From NCBI GenBank assembly GCA_964016885.1, contig OZ024743.1:39432001-39496000 (forward strand): 64,000 nucleotides of DNA, written 5' to 3'. The stretch is from Eledone cirrhosa. Taxonomy: Eukaryota. Positions 49,696-62,767 of this stretch are shown piece after piece. Each line of letters starts with the position of its first letter. The stretch's first letter is position 1. Both the position numbers and the translations under genes were made by a program. A model generated the notes under the pieces. The model was not told the origin of the DNA and did no database searches. It was given only the letters and a program-made list of their open reading frames with translations.

Positions 49696-49746
49696 CTATC
49701 TATCTATCTATCTATCTGTCTATCTATATGTGTATCACTTTCTCTT

Positions 49747-49845
<99 letters not shown>

Positions 49846-49889
49846 AGGAAGTTATAGTTCACTTGAAGCATTGTGTAATGAGGTATAAA

Positions 49890-51030
49890 CGTTTGAATTT
49901 GTAAAGCCAAAACAATGCAGGTATGGACATAGAATAAAAAATGCAAATGCAAAAGATATTGTTGACAATTAGTCTTTTACCTTAGATTTATTTAAATATC
50001 CTTAATTTTCGACATAAAATCTCTTCTTCGGAGGGAAGTAAAGCGGTTAAACCAGTGTTCTAAATAGCTTGCCAAATCATGCTGACAGGAAATGGTATAG
50101 AGAATCTGTTCTATCTAATGTCAAAGATTTAAGGTTAGGTGGATAAAGAGTAATCTCCCTTTAAAAGTGTGTGGGAGAATGCGTGAATGTGTAAGTATCT
50201 GTGTGTGTGTGTGTGAATGTGAGAAGATATGTCTATACGTAAATGTGGGAGATAGATGTTCTCTCGTGTTAGAACTGTTATTTGTATGTGTATGTGTGTG
50301 TGTGTGAGAGAATAAGTGGAGGTATAAGCGTGTGTAGGTGTGTGGTATGTGTGTGGGTGCGTGTGGGTGTGCGTGTGGGTGTGAGGGGGTGTAAGTATGG
50401 GGCTAGATGCTCTATTAAGTTATACATTGGGTGTTGAGTTCTAGTCTATTATTGATTGGTGGTTGTGTTTTGTCTATAATTAGTGCTTCCTTAATTCTAA
50501 GATTGCCGAGGTTTCTTTCCTTAGTTTCTATCCTAACTGTTATGGTTTTGTCGGTATTTTTGCATTTCACTAGGTGTTTTTTTAAATGAGTAAGCGTTAG
50601 TATTGAGGTGTTCTTTTATTCTTATGTGGAGTGGTCTGGTGGTTCTACCTACGTAGAAGTTGCTGCATTTGTCGCACTCTAGTCTGTATACGACGTAAGC
50701 CTGGTGGCATAGGTGTGTGTCGTTGATGGGGCAGTAGGCTAGCCTGCAGCGGTTGTCATGTCTGGTGGAGTGTCCTTTGGTTAGCTATCCGCGTAGAGAA
50801 GGTCCTGAGTGGGCCAGTTGGATATCAAGTCCCTCTCGTCTGATAGCTCTGCGGATGGCTGTTGTTGTTTCGTCACTGAAGTGTAGGAGCTTCAGGAAGC
50901 AAGTGTAAGTGCCTCGGGTGTGGTGTCCTCTGTTCTTTCTGGCACGGTTTGTGGTGGATGTCGTGTATCCGTTCAGTTTGAGTACTTCCAGGAAATGTGT
51001 GGTGTGTGTGGGTGGTTCTTTTAGAAAACC
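49890..51030 (-). mobile_element. Penelope-like element 3' part
   Basis: Minus strand VVYRLECDKCSNFYVGRTTRPLHIRIKEH (GIY-YIG) and upstream LKLNGY; decayed hammerhead at 49999-50035 (CCCT-CCGAAGA-A-GAGA..TGTC-GAAA-AT-TA-AGGA). Confidence 0.88.
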
Positions 51031-51099
51031 CCTATCCAATGTGTTACAGAATAAAACGAAATCCAGAAAATAATATTTGAGAGTGAGAAGTGATGTAGT

Positions 51100-51647
51100 T
51101 AATAATAATTGTTTCTGCTTTTGACACAAGGTCACCAATTACCCCAGTGTATTACTGGTTCTTTATTTTATCAACCACGTAAGGACGAAAGTCAAAGTTA
51201 ACCTCGGCGGGATTTGAACTCAGATCGTAAAGCGCCGTAACTCTTTACTGCAAAGAATGGCGTCCGACGCTCTACCGATACTGCCAATCCACCGCCCTGT
51301 ACTTAATAATGATTTCTAATGTAGGCACAAGGCCAGCAATCTGGGGGAGAGGAAAGTCGATTAAATCGACCTCAGTGCATTATCGACCCCGTAAGGATGA
51401 AAGGCAAAGTTAACCTCAGCGGGATTCGAACTCAGATCATAAAGGCATAATAATGGTTTCTTATATAGGCACAATGCCAGCAATTTTGGAGGAGTGAAAG
51501 TTGATTAAAACGACCCCAGTGCCCGACCCCGTAAGGATGAAAGTCAAATTTAACCTCGGCTGAATGTGAACTCATAATAAAGAGCATTAACTCTATGCTG
51601 CAAAGCATGGTGTCCGACCCTCTACCGATTCTGCCCAATTGTATCAC
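51100..51647 (-). mobile_element. three tandem tRNA-SINEs
   Basis: Units at about 51100-51297, 51305-51445 and 51448-51647, each bounded by TAA-rich sequence. Confidence 0.88.
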
Positions 51648-52003
51648 CCTGTAGATAATAGTAATGATATGTCTATTGTTCTAGAAGCAACAAATAGAAA
51701 TCTCACCTAAACCACAGAAGGTTGCAATATACATACCCCTAAATAATGCGTATGACGAAAGAATTAGATTTGTGAGTAACAGATGTGTTTATATTAAACT
51801 ATGCCATTAAGCCTCAGATATATGTTATTACTATTCAAATACAAAGTACTCGTAGAAAGCTCTGTGTGAAGAAATGCATAATTATATGTAAACAATAAAT
51901 ATCACATATAATGGTCCATTACATCGGCAGTAACTAAGTATTTTTCATTAGTATATAATATACATAAATACAAACACAACAGCTGCATTATAATACACAC
52001 ACA

Positions 52004-52099
<96 letters not shown>

Positions 52100-52120
52100 A
52101 CACCCACCTACACACACACT

Positions 52121-52159
<39 letters not shown>

Positions 52160-52162
<3 letters not shown>

Positions 52163-52950
52163 AAGTGTTAAAACTATCAAATTGTTGTTTAGAACATTTA
52201 TTTGCTGACAATTGTTTCTTCCAGAGGGAAGTCTGGTATCATCGGAGCATAAGTTATGTCGAAACATGTAAGTAAAATCCAAGTCCTTTAGAAGATTTAG
52301 GGTACATAATTATTATTAGTGTCAAAGGCATCATGTGGAGAGTCAGGGGTTTAAAAAAGATGTTCTGCTTGAAAGAACAAAATTACAGTCACCACTGGTT
52401 GGAAGTGTAATATGTATAAGTAAAAAGCACAAGCAAAAACAATCCCAAGCTTAAAAAACACAGGCAAAAATGTTATAAGCAAGTAAAATTGGTGTAAAAT
52501 GCATGACTCAATACAGTCAATAAGGCATGTATGAGGAAAGAGTTATAATGCAGTTGAAATAAACATATTTTGTGTGGGGTGTTAAAGCATGTTATAATTG
52601 TGATACATATTTAAGATAGTGTGCAATTTGTGAGAGAGGCATGTGGTGAGAATGTAGATATTTGTTATGTAAGGTGTAATGTAAAGCATTAGATAGAGTT
52701 GGGTATGTGATTTTCATTTAAGTGTTTTTGTGTTATAGTTCGTATGTATGTGTATGTGTTGTTTGTTACTCACAGCTATTAACCATGGGATTATTTTGAG
52801 TCGTGTATAGTCAATAGGTGTTTGTTTGTTAAATGGATATTCCGCCGAATTAATGGCCATGTTGTTATTTTAGGTATATTGTCTTATGCATTTTTTATCT
52901 ACAAATTATCTTTTCTTGTGTTTGTATTAACCGTTATTAAGCTATTGGTA
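52160..52950 (-). mobile_element. decayed PLE 3' end
   Basis: Hammerhead at 52203-52249, weak PTLSNALH and NCTL scraps similar to the 47.6-49.4 kb element, and an end in (TA)n. Confidence 0.5.
52203..52249 (-). ncRNA. type I hammerhead (U4C variant)
   Basis: TGCT-CCGATGA-TA-CCAGA-cttccc-TCTGG-AA-GAAA-CAATTG-TC^AGCA. Confidence 0.72.
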
Positions 52951-52953
52951 AAC

Positions 52954-53139
52954 CGTTGTGAATTGGCAGTATCGGTAGAGGATTGGACGCCATGCTTTCT
53001 AGCATAGTTACGTCCCTTTACAGTCTGAGTTCAAATCCCGCCGAGATTAACTTTGCCTTTCATCCTTACGGGGTCGATAACATAAAGTACCAGTAATGTA
53101 CTGGATAATTGCTGGCCTTGTGCCTAAAGTAGAAACAGT

Positions 53140-53143
<4 letters not shown>
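52954..53143 (+). mobile_element. tRNA-SINE
   Basis: Head, B-box, core and tail. Confidence 0.88.
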
Positions 53144-53206
<63 letters not shown>

Positions 53207-53227
53207 AACGGTATATATATATATATA

Positions 53228-53417
53228 ACCAAGATGTGGTAAGGAACCAGATGGACCATAACGCACCAGAGTACTCAATACTTAGGTTAGTAGAGTGGGT
53301 AATAGGAAAATGTATGACCCCGACGGCAGAGCTGAAGCCGTTTCGCAGCTATTTCTCGTCGCCAGGAATAGCCGTCGAAACGGCTTGAGCTCTGCCGTCG
53401 GGGTCATACATTTTCCT
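53228..53417 (-). mobile_element. asymmetric fold-back mini element centred on hammerhead stem II
   Basis: Arms 53304-53355 and 53365-53417; the long arm continues to (TA)n at 53228. Confidence 0.85.
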
Positions 53418-53418
53418 G

Positions 53419-53454
<36 letters not shown>

Positions 53455-53595
53455 TAAATAAATAAATTCCTGCTCTGTAAAACAAGAGATGTTCTTACAT
53501 TGAGCTATTTCTCTTACTGGTAATAAGGTAGTAGGAAATTACTGACCTTTCCTGTTTATAGTTGTTTATAATATATACATAACTATAAATAGTAT

Positions 53596-53644
<49 letters not shown>

Positions 53645-53789
53645 GATGGAGATTATGTTATTTCAGTGAGGACGAGATACATTGTACATAATAAGAATTA
53701 TAACTTTCAGTTATATAGATTATATAGGACAGTTGCATGATATATAACAACGGTTATCAGAAATGTTGCTAAGAAATGACCCAATTTTG

Positions 53790-54085
53790 TCTTCTTCCTG
53801 AGTCATCCCTGTATCAGTGTTTGATGAACCATGACCTTCCATGCTCTTCGATCTCGGCCGAGATCCCATACTTCTGTGGCTATGATGTTGAAATAGTCAG
53901 ACAATGAGCTCCTTTGACGACCTCTGGCACGCTCCAAGCAATTATTTCGCTAATGGAAACATCTTCCCGGATGCCTTTCCTGGTGGCATGTCCTAGGGAC
54001 ATTAGTTGTCTCTTTTTAATAAGAAGTTGTATGTCACACTCCATCCGCAACCTTTTCATAACCTTTTCATTAATAATTCGAGATC
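53790..54085 (-). mobile_element. RTE-like LINE 3' fragment
   Basis: LIKKRQL..LGHATR..GRQR..WDLGRDRRAWKVMV. Confidence 0.65.
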
Positions 54086-54127
54086 TTAAATAAAAAAAAA
54101 CAACTTTTTATTATTTATTTGAATAAA

Positions 54128-54350
54128 GTGCGGTGGCTTGGCAGTATTGGTAGAGGGTCGGACGCCAACGTATGCAGCATATAGTTACGGCCCTTTATGA
54201 TCTGAGTTCAAATCCCACCGAGGTTAACTTTGCCATTCATCCTTACGCGGTCGATAAAATAAAGTATCAGCGACATACTTGTGTCGATTTAATCTACTTT
54301 CCCCTACCCCCAAAATTGCTGACCGTTTGCCTATAAAAGAAAGCATTATT
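54128..54350 (+). mobile_element. tRNA-SINE, long variant
   Basis: Full head, core, internal segment and tail TTGCCTATAAAAGAAAGCATTATT. Confidence 0.88.
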
Positions 54351-54844
54351 TGTTAAAATAACCTAAGAAGGGAGAAATCATTAAGTGCGTAATTTTTTCC
54401 AAACCTTTAAATATATATGTAATCGAAATATTTATAAATTTTGAATTATTTATTAAAAGATCAATGAATCATATATCGTTTTGGTGAGGAAAGAGAGATC
54501 GAGTTCTATTTATTCGAGAAATAACCTCCAGGAATAAAGAAACCTGTTAGTCGCAGTTGTGTAGATTAACGTTGAGGACCATTAAGAGTAAATATATATA
54601 GCATTAGTTTGTTTATTACATGTTCTTTATGCATTTCTAAATCTTGTTTGCTATGCATTTTCCGAATTACCCCTGCAGCCATCGGTTTCAAGCTAGTGGC
54701 GATCATCAAAATCAATTAATCTCTATATAAGCCGATACCGATTAATCTTGAAATCGATTACCTGCCGATTAAACGGTGTAGCCCAAAAATGTGCGTAAGC
54801 ATGCAGCCTCAAATTAGATGCGACGCTCATTTTTTCGTATATTG

Positions 54845-55112
54845 TAAATACACGAAACACAGATGGTGTAGGATAGAACAAAGGAAAGACACAAAATAAG
54901 AAATCAGTCACAGAGAAGGTCGCAGAATGTGTGACGAAAGTGCTTTAGCAATATACAAACAACCATCTGTTTATTGAACCAACGCACCGGAAATGTATAA
55001 TAAATAGGTATATCTCAATCTCTATATATAGTTTACAATAAACTGAAGTGAAAACCACCAGGTCCGTGTGTTTTCATTGGCAGCATGACCCTCCCAAAAT
55101 ATGACAATATAG
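54845..55112 (+). mobile_element. solo PLE pLTR of the 12 kb/40 kb family, decayed hammerhead at about 54906-54950
   Basis: Colinear with 12080-12345. Confidence 0.8.
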
Positions 55113-56562
55113 ATATATATACATATATGTGCGTGTGTTTTTTATATGCGCGCGCGCGTGTGGGTGTGTGTGCTTGACTGTGTGTGTAAATGTGTCCTGT
55201 GTTCATAATCTGAAGTGTTTTAACTAAATTGCTTTCATATTCTCTTAAGATCAATGTTTTCAAAATAAATAACAAAAAATATATATGTGTGTGTGTATGT
55301 GTGTGTGTTTCTGTGTTGTGTGAGTATGTGTGTGCCTGGGTGTGTGTTTATGTATGCCTATATATAAACATAAGTATGCATATGTGCGCCTGTGTCTCTG
55401 TAATACTTGTTTATTTATGAAAGAAGTATTTTCAAATTATAGATATAAGTATATAGGGTACAATTCTCGAAAAACCGAGAAAGAAAAGACAGGGCAAAGA
55501 GAGTTGAAAAGAGAGAAAGAAAGAAAATAGAATGTAATGCCTCGGGTTTATTTAATTCAATTGTTATGTATTGCTAGAAAATATAAACGTAGCCATCTAC
55601 TTATAAATGAAGAAATGATAAAACAAAACACATTAATGTTATTAGTGGGACAAACCTTTTATAAATAACATACAAGTTTTGCTTTTTGCCCACAAGCTTC
55701 TAGTGAATCTTTTACTATATAAGTATTTTTCTTAGGAATAATCATTTTGGCTTCCTTAAAAACAATGTCACGCCTTCGGTGTTCCTTATAGCCATTTTAC
55801 TGTCGATAACTTCCATTGTTATGTTGCCATCTTTTCTTCCTTCTAAGTTACAATATTGATTCGTGTTGGGTATTTGTTCTCAAGATACAAATGGTAGTTT
55901 TCATCGCGAGTAAAACATAGTGTAAAACTACTTCTAAAAAGCCTTATTTGTTAGAAGTATAATAAATTAACAACGTTTGACACTAAGTTTAAAATTAGAT
56001 TTTAATTAAAGAAAAATCTTCATAATATTTTGTAAATGTTAAATTTTTCTAACGGACTGACTTGAAAAAGCCGATGAAGCGAACAGAGCATTTCTAAAAT
56101 ATTATACCGTGCCGTTTAGTTTCATGTTTTATACTTCTTTTTATTTTATAGTTATTTAATATCATTTCATATTGTTATTAATAAAATTATTATTTCATGT
56201 TTCATATGTTTCAGAAAATAATTGTTTCATAATTTTTTTTTTTTAATTAGTACTGCTATTATATATATTTGTTACATTTGTCCTTTTTTTCGTTTATTTT
56301 ATCGTTTTTTCAGAGCTACTTTCATAGTTCTTTCTTCTTTTTTGATTAAATTAATTTTGGTTTCTTGTTCTTTTTTTTATTATCGAATTTCATGAACACA
56401 AACACCATTGCAATATTAAAATATATTACGTCCTAATATTTCTGTCGTTGTTAAGGGGATCGTGATAGTAGAGGTGTTTTCGTTGTTCTTTTTATAGATG
56501 TATTCCGTGTACTTGTGTATTCAATCTTGTTCTGCGCAGTTATTAATTCAGATACTAAAACT

Positions 56563-56770
56563 AATAATAATGATTTCTAAGATAGGCACAAGGCCAGCAA
56601 ATTGGGGGAGAGGGGAACATCAATTAAATCGACGCTACTCCGTGATTGGTACTTTAATTTAGCAACTTCAAGGGTGGAAGGCAAAGCTAATATCCGCGAG
56701 ATTTGAACACAGAATGTAACGGGCGGTAACTAGGTGTCCTACAATCTACAGAGACAGTCAATCCACCGCC
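56563..56770 (-). mobile_element. tRNA-SINE, long variant, in the Tx1 tail microsatellite
   Basis: Reverse complement of the main family; TAA runs on both sides. Confidence 0.85.
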
Positions 56771-56775
56771 TTAAT

Positions 56776-56815
<40 letters not shown>

Positions 56816-57058
56816 TTTTCTTTATTAACCACAAGGGTTTACATAAAGTAGACATTAAGGACAGTACAGGACAATACAGGACGGTACAAATGGGCATTTC
56901 TGCGTGTAAAAAAAACAGAGGTTGAAATAAAATAACAAAGAAAAATTCCCCAATAGGGGGGAGACTTCCGAGGGACATTTGTGGAGAAAGCCCATTAAAA
57001 GACCACAGTGGCCCTGACCACCAGGGCAAGTGCCCTCTCCCAGTTTTCCACCTTTAAT

Positions 57059-60000
57059 TTACAGACACATATTCAGAGAAGGCCCATTCATTCGGGCCAT
57101 ACTTGCTTCTCTCACCCATCTTTCAACAAAATGCTGGGAAGATAGCACTTCCCTCTCTACCCTGATTTTCCTTTTCAAATGAAATTTGAAAAAGTTAATC
57201 AGGGCATCACCGAAGAGGTAAGTGCTGGTCTTCAGCCCTTTCAAACGTGTCCACCATACTATCTCTTTCGCCATGGCCACCAGACAGATAAAAACTGCCT
57301 GCCCTTCCCGGCTAAAGGAAGGGGGCGGAGCAATCCTCACGATGGACTCAGCTGATAGCTGGATCCGTCCTACACGTGACAGCAGGTGTTCGACATAAAC
57401 CCACAAGTCAGCAATGCTCGGACACTGGACGAGTGCGTGCAGGACAGTTTCGTCGCCCTGCGCGCATCTCGGACATGCCCGGCTGACGGCACCTCCATGC
57501 CTGTAGAGTTTATCCCGAACTGGCAAAGCTCCTCGGTAGCCCTGCCAGGCCCGTGATTTCTGGAAGTTGTCCATAGGCCCCGGCCCGAAAATCCTTCCGA
57601 AGAGATTGGCTAGTTGATTTTCGTCGACGCCTAGAGTTTCTCCAAGTACGTCGTCGCTCTTCCCCTCCACTAATCCCCTATAGAACGCCAAGGTGGAGTT
57701 TCCACCGATCATATTGCCCGATTGGTCGAGGGCTGTGAGCGCCTTAAGACATTCCAGTCTCTAAGCGCTCCCTCTCGGTCTTCGCTTGACCCAGGACTGC
57801 AGCTCCGTCAAGGAGACGAGCTGGGGAAAAACGTGTCTAGCAAACGGCGACCACACCTGATCACCGTCGAGGAAGAGGTGGAGATGGCGTAGCCTGAGCG
57901 CGTGTCTGCGCATCATCAGCCACGGCATGCCCAGCCCTCCACGTAACGGGTGTTGACAGCAGATGGACCGCCTGACCATCGGAGCGCGTCCCTTCCACAA
58001 GAAGCGAAAGAGCAAACGCTCCAGCGCAGTCAGGCGTGGCTTAGGACAAGGTACGACGGTCAGGCGGTAGTAGATGACGGATGCGATGTACGCATTCGCC
58101 ACCTCCGCTCGACCTTTCAGGGATAGGTTCCTCTCGGCCCATTTCTGGGTGAGAGAAGCCACCCTGCTCGTCACCTCGTCCCAGTTTTTGTCCGTCTGGA
58201 GGTCTGGACCGAAACAGACCCCTAGCAATTTAACCGGTCCGTCCGTCCAGCGCCCGACTACGGTGTTGGACGGCATGGACCTGCCTCTCCAGGTGCCGAG
58301 CTGCAGGCCCACTGACTTTTCCTGGTTGATCATTGCTCCTGTCACCGCTTCGTATTCTCTTAGTGTAGTGCCGATCGCCTCGATGTGTTTGGCGTTCGAC
58401 ACCACTACGGTGACATCGTCGGCATATGCTGACACGGATGTTCCGCATCCTAGTTCGCGCGGGACCACCCTCAACGTCTCCATTCTGAGCAGTAATGGCT
58501 CGAGAGTCAATACGTACAATAGGGACGAGAGGGGACATCTTTGGCGGACCGAGCGCATGATGTTGAACGGTTCCGAAAGGTGACCGTTCACTCTCACTAC
58601 AGAGCAGATGTCGCTGTGCATGGCAGCGAGCCAGCCTCGAAGACGGGCCCAAAGCCAGCCGCCCTCAGGACTGCCGCTAGGTAACGATGGTCGACCCTAT
58701 CGAAGGCTTTCGACTGATCTAAATTGATCAAAGACCCACCCGTGCCAGGTTCCCTAGCTACCCTCTCTACGATGTATCGCATGAGGTGGAGGTTGTCGGG
58801 ATCGATCTGTCGGGAATGGCGCATGTGTGTGCCTCTACCACCAGACCACCAACGACAAGCGCCAACCTCTTTGCTAGCACCTTGGCCAAAATCTTGAACT
58901 CTGTGTTTAGCAGAGTTATGGGCCTAAAATTATCTATGTTATCCCCCTTGTTCGGATCCTTTCTCAGCAGCGCAACCGCTCCTCGGCTCACAGAGCTGGG
59001 AATTCTCCCGTTCTGTTACCAGTTGCAGTAGACGTCCGCCAAGAGGCCTCCGAACAAGTTTGGCACTTGTACGTAAAGTTCATAGGGCAGACCATCCAAA
59101 CCAGGTGATTTACCCCTTGTGCAACAAGTCATTGCATCCCGTACTTCAGCGGTTGTTATCGGCTTTTCGCAACACTCCGCCTCAGTAGCCGAAAGCCGCG
59201 GCAGTCCGTTGAGGTAGACACTAAAGTCCATCCCTCGATCCGGCCCGCCACTTCCCCCGAACAGTTGAGCGAAGTGTCGCTGAAAAGCTTCACACATTTG
59301 CCCGGGATCGAGTAGCATGCGCCCATCGTGGTCCACCAAAGACCGGATCGTGGCTTTGTTGCCACGACGCGCCTGGGCCACTCGGTCCCATTGAACGGCT
59401 TTCGTCCCCTCGTGTCTGAGAGCACGCACCCTAGCTCTGACAACGCAGCCTTCGTGCTTTGCATTGAAGAATTGGTCAAGGGCCAATTTCGCCGCAAGTA
59501 CGTCGGTCGCGATGCCTTTGCTAAGCGCCTCATCTAATTTTCTAACTAATTCTCCCTCTGCTTTATTTTTCTCTATTGCTAAAGTCTTACTAAACCTAAT
59601 GGACTCTATTCTAATTGCTCTTTTCAGAGCAAACCACCACTTGTTGTTGACGATGGCCCCATTCAACGCCCGCTTAACTAATTCGCTAATCCGGTCTCTG
59701 TAGGCCTTGCGCGCTGGTAAGGACCCGTTTAGCTTCCAGTAGCCGGGTCCTCGTCTATGAAGCCTATCTAAGTCAAGCACACAGATCACGAATTTGTGGT
59801 CCGTGTAGCTGACTATCTTGAATTGTGGACAGCCTATGCTAGACCAATCTATTTCCCTACAAAATACTCTATCTAGATATGATCTGGATGACCCTATGCG
59901 ATTTGTCCAAGTCCACATTGGTACATTCGGGAAATCCATTCGGTACCTGTCAGACAGTTCAAAACGTCTGAGCAGGTTGGTGAGACTATTGCACCCTCCT

Positions 60001-60476
60001 TCCCTATCCACTAATCCCATACAATCCCAGCGTGCATCTAAGATCCCGTTCCAGTCGCCCACTAACACTAAAGAGCGGGACGTTCCAAGAAAGGTCTCCA
60101 GACGCCAGAAGAAATCAGGCCGCCCTGCTCCTGTCGGGGCATAGACAGCCACTAACCTGAAAGCTTGGCCGTCTCCGCTGGTCACGTCCAGCACCACCAA
60201 CTTACCTTCTGGGTCCAGGAAGATGGCCCGTATGGCAAGATCCAAACCTCTCCGAAAAAGCACAGCAAATCCTCCCCCCGATCCCGGACGGCTGGGAGAT
60301 GCGTACCCATCGTAGCCGCCGAAGATCGGTGCGAAAGCCTGTGCTTCGGAGATTCTGGTCTCGCTGATTGCCACTACATCTATGTTTAGTGACCTGAGGT
60401 CGTTGAGCAGGTGGCCCTGCTTCCATGACGACCCCAAGTCACGCGCATTTATGCTGCCTATTCTGAGTGAAGTCAT
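57059..60476 (-). pseudogene. Tx1 ORF2 (APE endonuclease, RT, zinc finger) with stops and frameshifts
   Basis: GSIN..ISET..VYAP..GDWN..YLDR..TDH (APE); SPGLDG, DQSKAFD, YADD (RT); CPRC..DETVLHALVQC. Confidence 0.93.
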
Positions 60477-60586
60477 GTTGAAAAGGAGTGGAAAAGATGG
60501 GAAAGACCACTTACCTTACTTCTCGTAGGGGAAGGACGGTTTTTCCATCCTTTTCACTGCTTGTGGCCTCCTCAGGAAGGATGTCC

Positions 60587-62194
60587 TTATAAATCCTCCT
60601 GGAGAGTGCTTGTCGGAAGTCTCCAATGTCTTTGGGGAATTTTTGTTTTAGTGTCATGTACGTTTTCTGTGTGATGCGAGTGATTTGTATGTGGAGGTGG
60701 TGTGAATTTTGGGGTTGTTGTGTAGTCTTTTTCTGTGATGCTGGTGTTGTGTTGGATGTAGTGTAATAATTGCTTGTTGTTCAAATGTAATGCTGTGTAG
60801 TTTGTATCGTTTTGGCTGTTTTGTTTTGTTTGCGTTTGTTGTGGGTTTGTTTCTGTTTCGCATTTTGGTGACTTTTGTGGTGTAGGTGATGGTGGTGTTG
60901 GGGTTAATGATGGTGATGGTGTTGGTGTTTGGGTTGATGGGGTTGGTGATGCTGGTGTGGATGGTGGTATATCTGTCCTAACTTTTTTGTTTCTTAGTTT
61001 ATTTGTTTCCCTCTGTATTTTGTTTTTGGAGGGGGAAGGAAGAGAATTTTTTTCTTTTTTGGTTTCTTTTTTTTTTTCCGGATATCGTTTCCCACTCCTC
61101 GTCGTCACAATCTGTCTCCAGTTGTGATAGGCCGGGGAGTGGAAAATCCTCCACAGGCGTTAGTTTTGGTTGTGGCGTGGTGGATGGTGTAGGCGCTGGT
61201 GCTAGTTCTGAAGCGTTGGGTGGTGGTGGTGTTGGTTTTGCTGGTGGTGGTGGTGGTGTTGGTTTTGCTACTGTTGCTGGGGTTGTTGCTGTTATAGTTG
61301 CTTCTGTGGTGCTGCTGCAGTTGTTGCTGCCATCTCTGCTACTGGTGGTGTTGATGGTTGTGTCACTGGGGTGGGTAGGAGAGGTGGCATCAACCTTTTA
61401 GCCTGAGGGCAGAAAGCCCTTAGGTGGGTTCCTTCACCACAAACGACACACCTAGGTTATCTGCCCTCGACAATTACCGTGAGGTGGCTGCCGTCAGTGA
61501 GGTCTATTACCTCTTGGATCTCCTCAATGCTTTTTTGGTCCGCTTGGATCAGGAGCTCCATCCCAGATCCGGACCAGTTCTCCTGCTTTTCTTTTGCTAT
61601 TGCTATTATTTTCGTGTTGGCTTCGATGCCGGGGAGGACAGCCACTATTAGCCAGGGAATTTCGATGGCCGGTGGAACGTGGGTCACCCTGATCTTTCCG
61701 AGTCTCTGGCCACAATAGCTTGGGACGAGTGTGAAGTCGTCACTTCTTAATGGGGCCATGGAGTGTTCTCTAGCCTCCTCTGGTGTTTCAAAGAACACGT
61801 CCACGGTTCCATACTTTTGCCCACGTCTGATGTGGGTTTTTCTTGCCCACACATGTCCCAAAGCTTTTTGGATTTGGGACTCGGATGCCCGTTCCACTCG
61901 GCGCGATTTTACACTTATTGTTCTATACGACACGGTGCATAGGCGCCGATTCTCCATTTTATTAGGTGTGGGGGGGGGGAGGCTGACCCTGTACCCATCT
62001 TTCTTTACCATTTGTTTGGCATTTTCTAAATCCTCCTGAGTTACCGTAAATGCTTCGAACTGTTTTGCTACTCTGGCGAAACTGAGGGGGGTTTTTATAA
62101 TGTCATTGTTGTTGTTGTTGCTATCGTTAATATTAATTTTATTTTCAGTTGTGGTGGTGGTGACGTCAGTCGTCTTTGGTGGGGAAGAGTCCAT
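60587..62194 (-). pseudogene. Tx1 ORF1 with premature stop
   Basis: SFARVA motif near the N-terminus; CVVCGEGTHLRAFC zinc knuckle just after the stop at 61457; P/T-rich tail. Confidence 0.8.
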
Positions 62195-62678
62195 TTTGCT
62201 CTATTTCATTTCGACATCACGAGTTAATTTATTTTTTCTCCTTTTGTTTCTGTTATCGCGGCGGTGGTGGTGGTGGTGGAGGCTTTAACACCTGCAGTCA
62301 TTGGTAATGGCGGGAAATGAATGTCTGCCTGAGACAAATTTAAAATATTGCTAGTGCTTCTTTTGTTTTTGTGTTGGCAAACGTAGTAACATTTACAATG
62401 GTGGTGTTGGTGTGAGGAGTTAATTTGTGAGGAAGGCTTTCAGCTGCTTGGTGCAGAGTTCAAATAGCCATTTTTTTCAAAGAAATTTTTTGATAATAAT
62501 AAAAGTTTAAATTTTGGGCACAATGCCCCAATCCTTTTGGGTGTCCTTTTCGGAAAACAATGTATGTGCGCTTATAAACAGTTAACAATAACATTTTCCA
62601 TAAATGACAATTTTTAACAAACGGAAATAACAAACTTTTGCGGAGCTCACGATGATACGATTTACTACGTAGGTCGCC

Positions 62679-62766
<88 letters not shown>
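62679..62766. repeat. (TAA)n shared by divergently oriented Tx1 and Dong elements
   Basis: Direct reading. Confidence 0.98.

Positions 62767-62767
<1 letters not shown>

Larger units (their letters stand above)
56815..62678 (-). mobile_element. Tx1-like (L1 clade) element, full length, disrupted
   Basis: 5' UTR, ORF1, ORF2 and a 3' UTR with AATAAA; flanked by (TAA)n at 56779-56814 and 62679-62766. Confidence 0.93.

Noticed and set aside
54670-54715. minus-strand TTGATGA..GAAACCGATGG
   Set aside because: No stem I and a weak stem II.
55700-55950. possible host exon on the minus strand
   Set aside because: Short open stretch with no recognisable homology or convincing splice sites. Small host exons elsewhere cannot be excluded without RNA data.
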